From an uncultured Pseudobdellovibrionaceae bacterium (GTDB lineage Bacteria > Bdellovibrionota > Bdellovibrionia > Bdellovibrionales > JAGQZY01): a stretch of DNA of 64,000 nucleotides. The position numbers were made by a program, and so were the translations under genes. The notes under the pieces are model-generated. The model worked only from the letters and a program-made list of their open reading frames with translations. It was not told the DNA's origin and made no database searches. Where the stretch lies: positions 8,992 to 72,991 of the forward strand of contig CAYNTO010000011.1 in assembly GCA_964400355.1 (NCBI GenBank). The letters run 5' to 3'. Numbering within the stretch: position 1 is the stretch's first letter; every line of letters starts with the position of its first letter. Shown one piece after another: positions 62,541 to 64,000 of this stretch.

Positions 62541-64000
62541 GATTATTAATAGCCTTACTCTTTGTGGTCTTTACCGCACCGGCCATGGCGCTGGAATCGT
62601 CGACCGAGCTTTACAATCAGGCGCAGATCGATGCCAAGAGCCTGCAGGATGTTGTCTTAAAGTTGCAACAAAATATCTCCAGCATGACGAGCCCCAAAAC
62701 ATTCCGCGATTATTTCGCTCTACTTCCGCGCTTGAAGGAACTTTCTGTAAAGTTGAATCTGGAGCAAATTCATCCGGGCGGTGTGGAGAAGTTGGGGGAG
62801 TCCATGGTGTCCTACGGAACGCGATGGCTCGACCTCGCTAAAGATGATCTATTCATCGTAAAAGCTCACTTCGTATGGATGACTCCGGCTACGGCTCTTC
62901 GCTACTTGCATCAGATCGAAGACGATGTGTTCCTTCTTAAAGGGGAAGAATTTAAAAATTTTGCCACTGCGGTTCAGTACATTATCGAAGTGAGCGGCGA
63001 AAAGTTCACCAGTGATCCTTACATCGAGCAAGGCTATCGCAATTTGTTGTCGACACTGGCGTATCAAAAACTCAAGGTAACACCGATCACCGATGTGACG
63101 GAGCATCAGTACTGGATTCCTTCGATTAAAAACCAGGACACTCTCTCCTCGTACACCAATCTGTTGCAAGAGTACGTGCTGTCCTACTCTAAAGACAATC
63201 AGGACGAAGCGACCGCGATCGTGAATATCGTGATCGCGCTCGAGGACTACCTGGCTAAAAATACTTTTCCTGTTGCGGATGCGGTCAAAAGCTCGAGCGG
63301 CTACGTTGTGCTCGAACTTCTCGACAAGTCGATCTCACAGGCGTGGACTCTCGAGGAGAAATCCCTCACGCGATTGTTAGATATCCTGAATCTGGCGCAG
63401 TTGAATAGTCTTGCCGATCGGATGATGAGCCCGAGCCAGTCTGCAGGCGTGAAAATTTACAAGCAGTACATCGCTCTCGCCGAAAATCTCATGGCGCGCT
63501 TAAAAGCTATGAATGCTCCGTTAAAAGCGGCGGAGCTTGGAGCAAAAGCATTTTCAAAGATTGCGCCGGCCATGCTGCTCGCGGATGACCGCGAAGGCAC
63601 CTATGAAATCAAGGCCAAAAACTCCAAAGAGAAATGGCGTTTTACGGTTTTTAAATCCTCCGAAGGCCGCGTGATCGCAGGCCTCGGCCGCGTGAACGGC
63701 CTCGGCGGCAATTCCACATTCTTTAATGTTCAATATGATGTGACGACGAAAACCTTTCGAGCCTCCGAGAACGTGATTGTAGACGTGGGGGATTACAACT
63801 TTTTTGTGCAGTTCTCATTTGATCAGAATGGCGATGTCACTGTTAAATCACCACTGTTTCCTGCTGAGGTGGGTGAGGCATTGGTGGGCGCGCGCGTGGA
63901 GACTTACGCGACATACGCAGATGTCGCCGACAGCGAAGCCACTTACATTGAAGGGCATTTCGAAGGTTACACGACTTTAAGTGGTAAAAAGGTGCCGGTA
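62537..64000 (+). CDS. hypothetical secreted protein, N-terminal 488 codons; runs off the window end
   Basis: Absent from the ORF track because it is open-ended. ATG 62537 overlaps the upstream stop (ATGA). I translated it by hand to position 64000 with no stop. Signal peptide MRLLIALLFVVFTAPAMA. Confidence 0.7.
   Translation, partial: MRLLIALLFVVFTAPAMALESSTELYNQAQIDAKSLQDVVLKLQQNISSMTSPKTFRDYFALLPRLKELSVKLNLEQIHPGGVEKLGESMVSYGTRWLDLAKDDLFIVKAHFVWMTPATALRYLHQIEDDVFLLKGEEFKNFATAVQYIIEVSGEKFTSDPYIEQGYRNLLSTLAYQKLKVTPITDVTEHQYWIPSIKNQDTLSSYTNLLQEYVLSYSKDNQDEATAIVNIVIALEDYLAKNTFPVADAVKSSSGYVVLELLDKSISQAWTLEEKSLTRLLDILNLAQLNSLADRMMSPSQSAGVKIYKQYIALAENLMARLKAMNAPLKAAELGAKAFSKIAPAMLLADDREGTYEIKAKNSKEKWRFTVFKSSEGRVIAGLGRVNGLGGNSTFFNVQYDVTTKTFRASENVIVDVGDYNFFVQFSFDQNGDVTVKSPLFPAEVGEALVGARVETYATYADVADSEATYIEGHFEGYTTLSGKKVPV

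Noticed and set aside
63983-64000. Third copy of the 27-bp ldt/putA repeat ('aaaaaggtgccggta' at the window end)
   Set aside because: It shares only about 9 nt with the repeat core, lies inside a coding frame and lacks the second hairpin arm, so this is a chance similarity.
1-64000. CRISPR arrays, tRNA/rRNA genes, IS elements
   Set aside because: Visual inspection of all intergenic regions longer than 80 nt found no spaced direct repeats, no tRNA-like T-arm signatures and no transposase-like ORFs. This negative result is by eye only (no tRNAscan, cmscan or CRISPR finder was run).

Overview
Gene-dense 64-kb chromosomal window with about 65 CDS. I saw no rRNA, tRNA, CRISPR array, transposase or integrase by eye. 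GC is roughly 50-55% by spot counts, with a few clearly AT-richer pockets. Many genes encode lipoproteins, secreted envelope proteins, peptidoglycan-active enzymes or a secreted nuclease, and two carry an unusual 'FQNC' lipobox variant. This is consistent with a Bdellovibrio-like (Bdellovibrionota) genome, but that is inference only. Recognisable housekeeping genes are hflX, a csp, tamA/tamB, a UvrD-family helicase, acs, putA, hslO, osmC, an MscS channel and an LLM oxidoreductase. Two open-ended genes are missing from the ORF track: a GFA-family gene at 1-195 (-) and a secreted unknown at 62537-64000 (+). The most interesting loci are: (1) a low-GC, translationally coupled pair at 3096-4588 (AbiGi/DUF2971-like protein plus an unassignable 246-aa partner), a candidate novel abortive-infection/defence module; (2) a six-gene operon at 56206->64000 built around an NfrB-like GT2 synthase that lacks the MshEN c-di-GMP domain, with two glycoside-hydrolase-like proteins, a DUF2334 deacetylase-like protein and unknowns, which looks like an uncharacterised synthase-dependent exopolysaccharide system; (3) a CHASE2 adenylate cyclase / lipoprotein / TPR-beta-barrel / FecR envelope-signalling cluster at 25932-33118; (4) a 27-bp perfect inverted repeat (hairpin-terminator module) bracketing a DUF1311/LprI-like repeat gene at 50188-51484. 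All family calls come from motif recognition by eye. No HMM or BLAST search was run.
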